Part shown: positions 12,285 to 23,353 of the stretch, in pieces
How the letters are laid out: every line of letters starts with the position of its first letter
Numbering within the stretch: position 1 is the stretch's first letter
NCBI GenBank assembly: GCA_016618085.1
Contig: JABLTG010000143.1
Span: 1 to 52,520, forward strand
DNA: 52,520 nt
Source of the DNA: Neovahlkampfia damariscottae
Lineage: Eukaryota
Reading direction: 5' to 3'
Position numbers and translations under genes: made by a program
The notes under the pieces: generated by a model
The model's database searches: none
The model's input: the letters and a program-made list of their open reading frames with translations, nothing else
What the model was told of the DNA's origin: nothing

Positions 12285-14132
12285 ATGAGTGATAGAGAAA
12301 AGAATTTAGGAAGTAATGGTACAACAAGTACAGAAGGATTATTTTCTTACTCCTTTGCGAAAATGATGGACATTGAAGAATTAAATTTGCTTTTAGTGGA
12401 TTATTGTGGAACAAATGATCCAGATGCAGAAAGTAAGCAAAAGAAATTGTTAAAAACAAGAATTTTGGGATCTCTTTGACCTTCTCACCTCTTTTAGAGA
12501 GTTTAAAAGTTCTGAAAATCGATACATGACAGCAGCAAAAGTTCTTCTTCAATTTTTACCTGCAAACCAAGATACTCTTAAAATATCTGAAAAACTTAAT
12601 ATCAGAATGACAAGAAACTTTTCCAATTGCTCTGAATATAGCTGTGATGTAAATCTATTTGATGAATTAGCAGAAGAAGCAATGATTGGATTGGAAACGA
12701 GAATTTTTAGAGACTTTTTAGACTCAAATACCTGGGAAGAATACATTGATAAAAATCCAGACATCTTACTTGACATTGGAAAAAAAGAAAAAGAAAAAGA
12801 TTTGAGTAACTTTGCTATCTTTCAAGACCGAAAAAAATTAGAGAAATTAGAATTTTCACCAGGTTATTTTATGACAAATGATGGTAGGAAAATACTTTTA
12901 TTCACTCATTATTTCTTTAGATTTCTTAAATTATTTCAGTTTACTTTCTGAAGAGCTCTGGAATGAAACTGAAAAATCACAAGGTTTTACTTCCTGCACT
13001 TCGAAAGATTTATTCAGTGTCGATACAAAAGGTATTCATTTAATCAAAGAACAAGGTTTTATTCCATTCAATGCTAGTAAGAACTTCGATAAAATTGATT
13101 TTTTTTTCAACAGCCCAAATTTTCCACGCTTATTGTTCATCAATGAAAGGATTACATAAAGGTTTATCAGACATCAGTCAATTGGAATTTTCAGTTTCAA
13201 AAGAATCTCAAAAAGTTTCATCTGCTGTTTGCTTACTCAAATATAACCTCAATTCATTTCAAGCCAGAGATTTTGTGGTTGCATTTTCAACCAAATTTGT
13301 TGACACAAATACAGTAATTCTAATGGGCAAGAGCGTGGAACATGAAAAAGCTCCTGTTGATCCAAAATATGTTCGTGGTTCAATGAATTTTTGTTTAATT
13401 ATTGAAACAAAACCGTTGGTAAATTTAAGCAAGGTGACTTTTATTTCACATATCGATTTGAAAGGAAAAATTAATTTTGATGCATACAACAAAGCATTGG
13501 TAAAAAGAAAATTAGGATTTCTTCCAAAATTACTCGAAATAATCATGAAAAGACAAGAAACAAAAGAAAAACCACCACAAGAACATTACGGAATTTTAGA
13601 AACATTTGAAAAATCAGCTGGATTAACTGATGACGAAGATTTGAAATCCAAAATGAAAGAAGCATATTTCAATTCAATATTTGGAAACTCCAAAGCAATG
13701 AAGAGCATTGTGAAAGGCGAAGATGATAGTTTACAAAACACCATCACAAATTTAATGGGAAATTCAAAAGTGAAAAGAAAATTCAAAAAATTCTGTGAAA
13801 AGGAATGGAGTTTGGAGAATTTATTACTTTTTGATGAAATTGAAAAATTCTCAAAAATTAAAAACAAAAGAAAAAAAGTTTCAAAAATGAAAGAAATTTA
13901 TACAATGTTCTTCAGTGAGCAATCAAATCTTGAAGTTAATATTGATTTCAAGACACGTGGAAAGTTAGATGAAACAATGAAGAATCTTTCTGTCGATACC
14001 AATATTGATGCAGTATTTGAAGAGACATTGAATGAGATCAAAAGAAACTTGAGAGATACAATGAATAGATTTTTATTTTCTGAAGATTTCAAATGTTTAA
14101 ATGTCAAAGTTGTCAGTAATGAAAAAGAATAA
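12285..14132 (+). CDS. RGS-START-RGS domain protein, 4 exons
   Basis: Degenerate N-terminal RGS; START-like segment (ARDFVV, KSVEHEKAP..KYVRG, HIDLKG); canonical C-terminal RGS (FCEKEWSLENLLLF, LEVNID). Phase-1 introns near 12433, 12883 and 13077. Confidence 0.82.
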
Positions 14133-14256
14133 AGACTGTATTTTAAATTTTTCATAAAATAATTTAAGAAAAACAAGTGCATAGAAGGTCTTCTGAAGAG
14201 CATGTTTTTGAACAAAAAAGAATTCCAAATTTTTCAAGGAACAAAAAAATATTATC

Positions 14257-14329
14257 AGCCCGACGCGGGGCTCGAACCCGCGACCGTTAGGTTAAAAGCC
14301 TAACGCTCTACCGACTGAGCTAGCCGGGC
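14257..14329 (-). tRNA. tRNA-Lys(UUU) copy 1
   Basis: GCCCGGCTAGCTCAGTCGGTAGAGCG TTAGG CT TTT AA CCTAA CGGTC GCGGGTTCGAGCCCCGC GTCGGGC T; full cloverleaf. Confidence 0.98.
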
Positions 14330-14339
14330 CTTGTTGTAA

Positions 14340-14838
14340 GTGAAAGTGAAGCATCAAATGCAATTTAGCATTTTCCATTTCCCAGTTTTCAGAAAATTCA
14401 TTTAAATTTAACTTTTTCAATATATCCAAGTCCAATACATGCTGCTTCAAATCTGATTATTTCCAATCTAGAGATTTCAACCAACTGTGACTACAATCCA
14501 GCTTTTGCTTCAATTCAATTGATATTGATTTTCTTTGTCTCTTGTTGTGAAATTTCATCTGTATTCATTGTGTTAATGAATGAAAATATCTGTATTTGAC
14601 AACGTTCATTCATCAATAGAAATAAATAGTTTCTTACTTCTTCAAATGGGTAAACATCATCAAACTTTCTTTTGATCAAATCTGTAAGAAAATCAAATCT
14701 TTCTCATTTGAACCCGTTGAATAAATACGATAATTTTTTTCTTTTGGGTTCAGTTGAGGTATATTATAAGTGCTTTTTAATGATATATCTGTTTTTCAGA
14801 TCAAAATTGTTTTGGTAATAATTTTCTGTTGTTTTCAT
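14340..14838 (-). pseudogene. Decayed protein-coding gene remnant
   Basis: ATG at ~14838 opens a protein-like frame interrupted by TAA/TGA stops and a frameshift; it contains a gtaag...cag intron-like segment at ~14591-14637. Confidence 0.4.
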
Positions 14839-15242
14839 TCTTAAAAAAAGTCTAAAATTTCTTTTGGGTTTTTTTTTGGATTGTTGTGAATTTTTTGAGA
14901 TCAAATTCAAATTTTCAATGGTAACTTTTTATAAACCCTCTTTTCTAAGAATTTCTTTGAAAAAGTAAAAAAAAATTATCACTCTTCCAAATATAATCAC
15001 ATAGTGTTTTATTTGTTTGTTTCTTCTGTTTCCTTCAGATTGGTCATTTAACGAACATGATCAACTTTATCGATCTTTGGTTAAATTGCTGACCATTTTG
15101 GAGAATGATTGGACAGTTTGTTTTAATTGTTTTTTGCTGATCTTTTCTGCAGAAAAGAAAACAAATGACGGAAATCATCAAAAAGACTAAAATATTTTTT
15201 TTATATTTCTATTGAGCCAATTGGAATCTGTTCACTTGACCA

Positions 15243-15937
15243 ATGAGACTTCTTTTGCTCTTTTTTGTTTTGTTTGGTGCTTCTGTCAGTTTCACACTTC
15301 AAAAGTATGGAGAAAATACTTGTTCAGTTCTTGACACTTCAATAGTGTATGAAGACCTGAAAACTGATGGCACTGGTTGCTCACTGTTTTCGGAGTCCAA
15401 CATAAGATACCTCCAACCTGTTTGCACTTCAACTCAATCCACTTTGAAAGTTTTCAATGATGCCAACTGCACAGAACTCAGTTCCACACACACATTCAGT
15501 ATTTCAAAAGATTACTAACAATTTTCAAAGATGTTTCTCAACCTGCAAGTTGTGTCAAAATCTACGCCGATTATTTCAAAGTCAGTTGCTCAGTTCAAGT
15601 TCCTTCATTTGCTACAACCACTGTGAAGTCCACAATTTTTACAGAAAAGGATTGTGGTGGAAAAGTTGCGTTCAGAAGGTATTCACCAGAAGGATGCGTA
15701 CCAGCAAGAGGATTTACAACAAAAAAGAGAACTTGTGGATCAACCATTGTAGAGAATCTTTATTCCTCTTCTGACAAATGTGAAGGAAGTGTTGCCATCT
15801 CATGGAATTATCAAGCAGACAAATGCAACAAGGTGGTAAATACCCAAATTGTCACTTGTGGAAATAGTTCAATTGCACAACATAGTATTTATTTGTTGGT
15901 TTTTTTGCTCTTCTTACAAATGTTTTTAAACGACTAA
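15243..15937 (+). CDS. Secreted Cys-rich surface protein with probable GPI-anchor signal, 2 exons
   Basis: Signal peptide MRLLLLFFVLFGASVS; two Cys-patterned halves; C-terminal GNSS followed by a hydrophobic tail; intron 15499-15530. Confidence 0.8.
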
Positions 15938-16132
15938 AGATCTTTGAACAACAATTTTGTTTCCACCATTTGTTTTCTTTACAAAAAAATGTATTTAAAA
16001 TATTATCAATGTGGAATTCCACAACTGGAAGATTATCTCGTCTACCTCTGTCAAATGTGGAACAAAGCACAGGTTACTCTGCGATTTTATTGTCTAAATT
16101 TCAATTCTTTGATTAAAAGCAAAAATTACAGC

Positions 16133-16205
16133 AGCCCGACGCGGGGCTCGAACCCGCGACCGTTAGGTTAAAAGCCTAACGCTCTACCGACTGAGCTAGC
16201 CGGGC
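16133..16205 (-). tRNA. tRNA-Lys(UUU) copy 2
   Basis: Identical to copy 1. Confidence 0.98.
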
Positions 16206-16311
16206 TTTGTTGAAAATCTTCAATTTGAAACACTCAAATTCAAATTTTTTTGAATTTCTTTTTAAGTTTTTTTTTTTGGATGTCTGACCCAATCATTTTC
16301 CACTGCACCTT

Positions 16312-17262
16312 ATGAGAAAGTTTGAAACAAACAATGCTCAACTGATCGAGTATTCACCAATTACCGAACAAGAAAATCGTATTTCTATTCCTTCAAAACT
16401 TTATGAACAATTTTTTGTTGATTATTTCGAAGTGAAGAACTTTCTCGTGAAAATTGAAGAAAACACTGTTATTTTGTTCAAAAAAGAAAATTTCATCTTA
16501 GACAACGACAAGAACAAAACAATCTACAGTTTGGAACATGTTTATTATCGAATGATCTCTGAGTATTTTTCTGATGTTTGGTATCCTGAAATTGAATCGC
16601 TCACTTTTAAATCAGTTTTTATTGATTTCACCGAAAATGAAATTGATTTATTAATAGAATTCACATCTATTTCAGATTCAGGTTATGACTCATTGAAAAA
16701 AAAAATTAACAAAGAAATCAAAAAATTTAATGGAAAAGTATTTGCAAGGTTGAATTCAGTTTCACCAAAATCAAAAAACGAAATGACCAACGCTGATGAA
16801 GTTTTAGAAACTTTTTTAAATTCAGGAAGAATTCATAACTCACTAATTGAATCCAAAAAATTTTTCGAAAAATCAAACTTGATGTTAAGAGAGTTCATAG
16901 ATAACTTTCCAGTTGAAATGGAATTTAGATGTTTTGTTTTGGATTTAAAAATGACTGCTATTTCTCAGTATGACACTAAATTTGTCAAACACTTTCAAAC
17001 AAAACACCAACAAGAAAAATTAAAAAACAAAATTCTCAACTTTTACAAAAAGAATTTGGATTTAATTCCTTATACTGATTTCACTATGGATATAGTATTC
17101 ATGAACGAAGATGACATTAAAATCATTGAATTTGGTGGTTTTGGAATTGAACAAAACGTAGGTGGATGTTTATATAATTGGTATCAAGACTATCATATAT
17201 TATATAATACAAGTAGTGAAACTGATATTAGAGTATTTGATAAAGAGTATTCGTTTTATTAA
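16312..17262 (+). CDS. Second Cdc123/R2K-like ATP-grasp protein, intronless
   Basis: YFSDVWYPEIESLTFKS, VFARLNSVSPK, MEFRCFV...TAISQY, IIEFG and GCLYNW parallel the 2413 gene. Confidence 0.8.
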   Translation: MRKFETNNAQLIEYSPITEQENRISIPSKLYEQFFVDYFEVKNFLVKIEENTVILFKKENFILDNDKNKTIYSLEHVYYRMISEYFSDVWYPEIESLTFKSVFIDFTENEIDLLIEFTSISDSGYDSLKKKINKEIKKFNGKVFARLNSVSPKSKNEMTNADEVLETFLNSGRIHNSLIESKKFFEKSNLMLREFIDNFPVEMEFRCFVLDLKMTAISQYDTKFVKHFQTKHQQEKLKNKILNFYKKNLDLIPYTDFTMDIVFMNEDDIKIIEFGGFGIEQNVGGCLYNWYQDYHILYNTSSETDIRVFDKEYSFY

Positions 17263-17776
17263 ACTGAAAGTCATGCATGGACATAACATTTATCAATTCC
17301 AAACTGAAACTTTTTTTTTTAGCAATTGTTATCAGAATAAACTATTTGGTTTCTAACTTCTAACTGTTGTTGTTTCAAACCACAAATGTTTGAAGTAGTT
17401 AAACAATTTTTTTTGAAAGTGCTTTTCAAAATGTTTTTGTTGAACATTTGAGTTAATGAATTGGTTTTTTTCAGTATCTTTGTTTTGTTGTTATTTAACA
17501 ATGGTTGTTATAAACAGTGTATTTTTGGGATCTATTCATTAAATTGAAGCAGATCTTTTTTTTTAATTTGAAATAATGTTGGTTTTTGATAATATCAGTT
17601 TCTGAAAATGTATTCTTGTCATCAAAAAGTGTTTATGATTGAAAATTTGCTCAAACTCTTCAATGGCGACTTGTCTGAAGTTAAAATATGCTCTGATTGG
17701 TCACTTGTCATGACTTGTAATTGGTCGTTTTATTAAAAAGGAGCAATTTGATTGGATATTCAATCTTAAGCAAAAA

Positions 17777-20700
17777 ATGAGAGGAGTATTGTTATTCCTT
17801 TGTCTTTTGTTCATTGTGGGTTTTGTAGCTGTTGAAGCTAAATACACAAAATGCAAATACACATGTGGTTGTTCATTAACAAGAAAAACACCAGTTTGTG
17901 GTAAAATTAAAAAAAAATTAAAAAAAATAAAATGAAAAGGTGCTTCTGGAAGAACTCATCAAAATCATTGTTTAGCACATTGTTATAATGATAAAATTGT
18001 TAAAGAAGGACGTTGTCAACCAAAAACACCAATAAAACGTTCAATCAAAAGAACTTGTTCAAAAAGAAGACATGGAGCTGGTTTTGGAACATACTGTTGT
18101 GCTTACACTCAAGTAGGTAATAAAACAACAAGAAAATGTTCATGGGTTGGATGTGTTACACTTGGTAGAAAAACAAATTGTTACTGGAAAAAAAGACCAT
18201 CAAACACAAGAAGTATCAGAAGATATTGTTGCCCATATACAGTTCAAAAATGTGGTTCTTCAATTAGAAGAGTTCGTGAAGGTAGATGTTCATGGATTGG
18301 AAAAGCTTTGACTTCAACACAACACAACAACTGTTCATGGAAAAAATTTGGAGCTCTTGGTAGAAGAAGGTACTGTTGTAGCAAAAAAGTCACTTGTTCA
18401 GGAAAAAAGAAATGTGTTACTCATGCAAAGAAATGTCGTTTCGTTGGTTCAATCATCACTTCTAAAAGAAGAGAAGTTTGTTCATTCCAAACAAGAGGAA
18501 AACATTGTCGTCAAATGAGATGTACTGCATATGTTCAACGTTGTGTTTCTAAACCAGGTTCAAAAAGATGTAACGTGAAAACAAAAAAATGTAGAACTAT
18601 CAGAAAAAGAAAAACAGTTTGTAGAAAACGTTTTGTTTCAAGAGCAAGATGGGTTGGTAAAAAACTCTGTAAAAGAAATAGAAAAAGATTTTGTTCATAT
18701 AGAAAATATGGAAAAGTTGCTCGTAGAAAAAGATGTTGTACTTTTTATGTACGTCATGGAAAAAGATATGGACTTCGATGTAAATGGGTTGGATGTGCAA
18801 GAAGACAAACTATCAAAGTTAAATGTTCAATTAAAAAAAATGGAAAAACTTATCAAAGACAATGTTGCACTTGGAGACGTATTTGTAAATGTTCAACATG
18901 CGCACGTGCAAGAAGATCATGCAGATGGGTTGGAAGAAAAGTCAAAATTCATCACAAAAGAAAATGTTATAGAGTTGCAATTTCAAATAATGCTTATCAA
19001 ACACGTTGTTGTGTTTATAAAAAAAAATACAACAGACATACAAAATCCTTCAAACTTGTTAAAAGATGTTATTATAAAAATGACTCAAGAGCAAGAAAAA
19101 GATTCATCAAATGTCATTGGAAGAAAATTTCAAGACATAGAAGAAGAAGACTTTGTATCATTTATGAAAGAATTTGTAAAAGACATAGATGTAGTAAAGC
19201 AAGAGCTGTTTCAAAGAGATATGTTGGATACACTTTATATATCATCAAAAGTAAAAATTGTATTATGAAAAGAACATCAAAAAATACCAAAAGAAAACAA
19301 TGTTGTCATAATGTAAAAGTTTGTAGGGGAAAAGGAAATTGTCGTCAAAAAAGAAAATGTAAATTCTTAGGTACTTCTATTAGAAGAATTCAAAGACATA
19401 AATGTCATTGGAGATTCTATAAAAAAACAGCAAGTAAAAAGAAATACTGTTGTAGATGGACTGATTTCTGTCGTGGAAGAAAATGTCAACCACAAGGAAA
19501 ATCATGTAAATGGCAAGGAGCTACACTTAGATATAAATCAAAACAAGTTTGTCAAAAACTTAAAGTACATGGAGGATATAGAAGAAGATGTAGAACTATT
19601 AGTTATCGTTGCATTAATAAAGCATGTAGAATTGTTAAAAGATCAAAATGGCAATGGGCAGGAAATAAAGTATCAACAAAATACATTAGAAACTGTGTCT
19701 TTAAAAACTATGGAAGATTTAGAAAAAGAAAATTCTGTAAAAGATTTCATAAGAAATGTAACGGTGCAAATTGTAAACTTCGTTTTAGAGAACAAGGATG
19801 GGTTGGTCCAGTATTCACAAAAAAACCAAAAAGTAAATGTTACTGGAAACGTGTTAAAGGAGGTTATCTTCCATATTGTTGCAATTGGTTTATAAGATGT
19901 ATTGGAAAATGTCCAAAAGGAGGAAAACCACCAAGATCAAAACAATGTAAACCAATGTCTAAAAAAGTTGTTAAACTTGGAAAGAAGAATCAATGTAAAT
20001 GGAGACAATACAGAAAGAAATACAGAAGACAATACTGCTGCTCAACTATCAGAAGAAATGTACATCATTCAAAACCACTTCATGCATGTTCATGGAAAGG
20101 AAAAGCATATAAACTTAAAAGAGTTTTTTATAAAAAAAGAAAGATTTGTACAAAACATCAATGTTGTCAACAACTCTCAAAATGTTCAAGACACGGTGGT
20201 TGTCATGTTTTAAGAAATCAAAGATGTAGACCATATACAAGAAAACATTCAAATTATTGTTATTCATATGGAAATTCATGGGTTAGACCATTTCATCAAA
20301 AATCATATCGTCATGCTTTAGCTGGTGATTTTAACTTGATTGAATCAAAAAGACTCACTTGTCATCAAAGATCAGTTCAATGGAAAAATGGTTTAGTTAC
20401 ACTTTATGCTTTTGCTTGTAAAGTCAATGGAGATATTGTTGAATCAGTTACAAAAAATCCAAGAGAATATTTGATTAACAAAACATTCAAACTCAAATTA
20501 TCAAAGAATCAAGTTTATAAACTTCCAAAAGGTGGTTATATAAAACTTTACTCAAATGATAAAGTTATTATTGATTCAGGTGCTGGTTATTTAAGTGCTA
20601 TTTATACAAAATGGGATGAAAAATCAGATCAAGATAGATGGGTTTCTTTAGCTGTAAAAGTACCTTCAACAAAAACTTTCAGAGGAATGTGTTCATCAAA

Positions 20701-21121
20701 AGTATCATCAAAATCAGCTAAAGGTTTATTTTTAAAAGAATTCCATACAAAAACTGTTAGAATTCCAACAAGATCATGTTCAAGACGTCAAAGAAAACAA
20801 TACATTAGAGACTGTAAAAGAATTGGTGTCAAGTATAGAAATCTTTTACACAGATGTGTTTTTGATTTAACAAGAGGAATGCCTTTAGATTCAACAAGAT
20901 ATTTATTAAAACTTCAAAGATTTGTACATGGACACAAGTTGAGATTAAGACAAATAACTTTGAAAAGAGCACATAAAAGAATTGTTGCAATCAAAGCAAA
21001 AAAATTCATCGGAAGAAATCTCAGAAAAGGTCTTAGAAAAGGAACAAACGCTGTACGTAGATCACACAATGGTGTTTTCAGAAGATTTTTAAGAAAATTT
21101 GCAAGAAAAGGAAGAAAATAA
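17777..21121 (+). CDS. 1101-aa secreted Lys/Arg/Cys-rich protein: signal peptide, Kazal-like domain, tandem Cys repeats, VWD-like domain, basic tail
   Basis: ATG at 17777, intron 17901-17939, then open to TAA at 21121. Kazal pattern CxxxC..PVCGASGRTHQNHCLAHC..GRC; repeated CC..C..C..CxWxG; VWD-like CYSYGNSWVRPF...FRGMC. Confidence 0.85.
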
Positions 21122-21137
21122 ATTTTAGTATTTTTTT

Positions 21138-21751
21138 TTAAAGTAAAGTTGTTTTTTCTGTTTCTTTAGTTTTGATAATTTCAATGTATGGGCATTGTAC
21201 TTTGTAAGAATATTCATTTTCTGTTGTTTCATCAACTTTAAGTAACAATTTGAAACCTTTCTTTGAAAAATTAATTTCACATTCTTTGTTGATAAAATCT
21301 TGAAGAGAAGTGTAAGTTGTAAATGCTTGATATTTTAAAAATTGACGAGAGGTGAATATTAACATCATAATTCCAACAATAAAGATGAAACCAAAAAATG
21401 AAATGGTGACTTGAAAAAGAGTCAATTTCATTGTTTTTTTTACTCATATAAGTGAACGGTTTTTGAGAAAAATAGTACAGTAGAGATACAGATACACCAA
21501 CTCCTGATAACTGTAAAAAAGAGAATAAAATACAAATAGTGAAAACAAAACTAAAAGTTAATGAAAATAAACCGAATTTACATGTATGAGTTTTCTTGGA
21601 AATGGTGTAAGGTTCTGACTTAGTTTTCAATAATTTCCAAAGTTTTTTCAATTTCTGTTTTGTTGATTTTCATTTCATCTATAAATTCTGGATATTCATG
21701 ATGAAATCCTTTATAATTCTCGTTGTGCAGATAAATGATTCTGAAAGGCAT
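21138..21751 (-). pseudogene. Two-TM membrane protein gene (possibly Erf4/golgin-A7-like) with one in-frame TAA at 21620-21622
   Basis: ATG at 21751 downstream of a CCAAT box. Two mini-introns (~21551-21581, ~21410-21443) give a continuous frame apart from one internal stop. Confidence 0.55.
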
Positions 21752-22027
21752 GAGTCGCACCGACTTTGAAAAAAAAAAACTTATTGATTGGTTTATTAGA
21801 TTTTACATTTTTCATTAACTAACTCACAAAGAAACAAACATTTCTGTTGGAATTAGCTCTAATCAAAATGGTGTTGTTCAATAAGTTTGAATTTTTATTT
21901 TTATTTTTCTTAACCAAACTCCACATTGAATCATTTTCAAATTGAATTCATTCAAAGAAAATAATTCAATGTGTTCCTTCTTTTTCAAAAGGCCATGTTG
22001 TTTTTTTATTTTTTTTTTTTAAAATTT

Positions 22028-22549
22028 TCAAATGAAGCTTAATGTGAAATTTGTTTGTTTTTCAATTTCTTCAAAAAAATGATCAACACTTTCAAAATTT
22101 CCGCAACTTGATTTTTTAATCTGATCATCCAAAACTTCAATATTAATCGATAAACCATCCAAAGACTTCCTCCTTTTCATTAAACTTAAACCTTCATCAC
22201 TTTTTCTTTTTTTTGTTATTGAATGAAACTTCTCACTCTCCAATTCTAAACTCTTTTTCTTTTCGAAATTTTGAACGAAAAGTGAAGCTGGTGGTATTTT
22301 AAAAGTCATTTGGTTTAAAAAAGGATTTGTTGGTTCATATGAGATCATTTGAACTTCTTCAAAGATAGAATCCAAGTAAGCAAAATCCATAAATTCTTCA
22401 CTAACTTCAAATTGTTTTTCATGTGAATTTGATTTGTTGTTATCGTTGAAATGAAACTCTTCTTGGATTATTTTAGTTGGTGGTGAGAGACAAGGTTGGT
22501 ATGTATGCGGTTCTTGGTTTGTAAAGTCTTGTGAGTGAAGTTGTTGCAT
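22028..22549 (-). CDS. Hypothetical low-complexity protein with basic NLS-like motifs
   Basis: 173-codon ORF from MQQLHS; KKRK and KRRK motifs; TATAAATA and CCAAT upstream on the minus strand. Confidence 0.65.
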   Translation of the reverse strand: MQQLHSQDFTNQEPHTYQPCLSPPTKIIQEEFHFNDNNKSNSHEKQFEVSEEFMDFAYLDSIFEEVQMISYEPTNPFLNQMTFKIPPASLFVQNFEKKKSLELESEKFHSITKKRKSDEGLSLMKRRKSLDGLSINIEVLDDQIKKSSCGNFESVDHFFEEIEKQTNFTLSFI

Positions 22550-22724
22550 CGGTTTTTTTTCAGTTGTGAAAGACGAATAAAAATAGAACAAATTCACTTC
22601 TATTTATAATTGAGCCGGAATTGATCTGATTGGTTGGAACAATTTGAAGATTCAAAATAGAATTTCTTTTTTATTTTGAAAATAAATGATGCGTCGTCAT
22701 TGAGTTTCTTTTTTTTTCTTGTGA

Positions 22725-23126
22725 TTAATTTCTCCGGTTGATAATTTGCAGAGTATTCCATACCCAAACTAGAAAATTACAAAAAATGTAACTGATGAAA
22801 ATAGAAAGAACAATGGCCCTCATTTTTGGCTTTCTCTGAATTTTGACAGTTTCTTTTGGTATAAACACTGTTTTTTGTTTTTTCAGTGTTTCATGTTGCT
22901 GATGTAGCTTTTTATAAGTTTGTGAAGCTCCATAAGCACAATTTTCACAATTCATCAACTTTGTGGCACATACTAATAAACTGGAATTCGATGGTATTAT
23001 CACTCTCTCTTTCCAAACTCTTTCAAGATTATCAGCAGCATTTTTATGTTGTTCCATGGTTATTTTTCCTGAAACAAAAGTGAATAAAACTAAAGCTATG
23101 AATACAGTTGTTTTGTGAAGTTTCAT
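22725..23126 (-). CDS. Small protein with signal peptide and C-terminal TM helix
   Basis: MKLHKTTVFIALVLFTFVSG at the N-terminus; AIVLSIFISYIFCNFLVWVW at the C-terminus. Confidence 0.65.
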   Translation of the reverse strand: MKLHKTTVFIALVLFTFVSGKITMEQHKNAADNLERVWKERVIIPSNSSLLVCATKLMNCENCAYGASQTYKKLHQQHETLKKQKTVFIPKETVKIQRKPKMRAIVLSIFISYIFCNFLVWVWNTLQIINRRN

Positions 23127-23353
23127 AAATTTTTTTTTTGCCAACACCAAAAAAAAAAATTCAGAATAAAAATTTTTTCTGTGGTGAAAAATCATTTTCG
23201 TTCAAATATTTTGAGGCTGAGGATTGAGATTTGACCTTGACATAAACGTTTGCTTTTCATCTCCAAAGCTGTTTTTTCATGCTTCCAATGTTGAGAGTAA
23301 TTGACCAATAAACTGGCTTGGGGTTTCTAATCCCTTTTGATTGGACACTGAAC

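Noticed and set aside
18600..20213. Alternative-frame ORFs 18633-19268, 19473-19895, 19902-20213 and antisense 18600-18800
   Set aside because: Shadow frames produced by the AGA/AAA/TGT codon bias of the Cys/Lys/Arg-rich gene.
14340..21751. Stop-codon reassignment suggested by in-frame stops in two loci
   Set aside because: Conserved genes terminate normally at TAA/TGA and long ORFs have no internal stops; decay or error is more likely.
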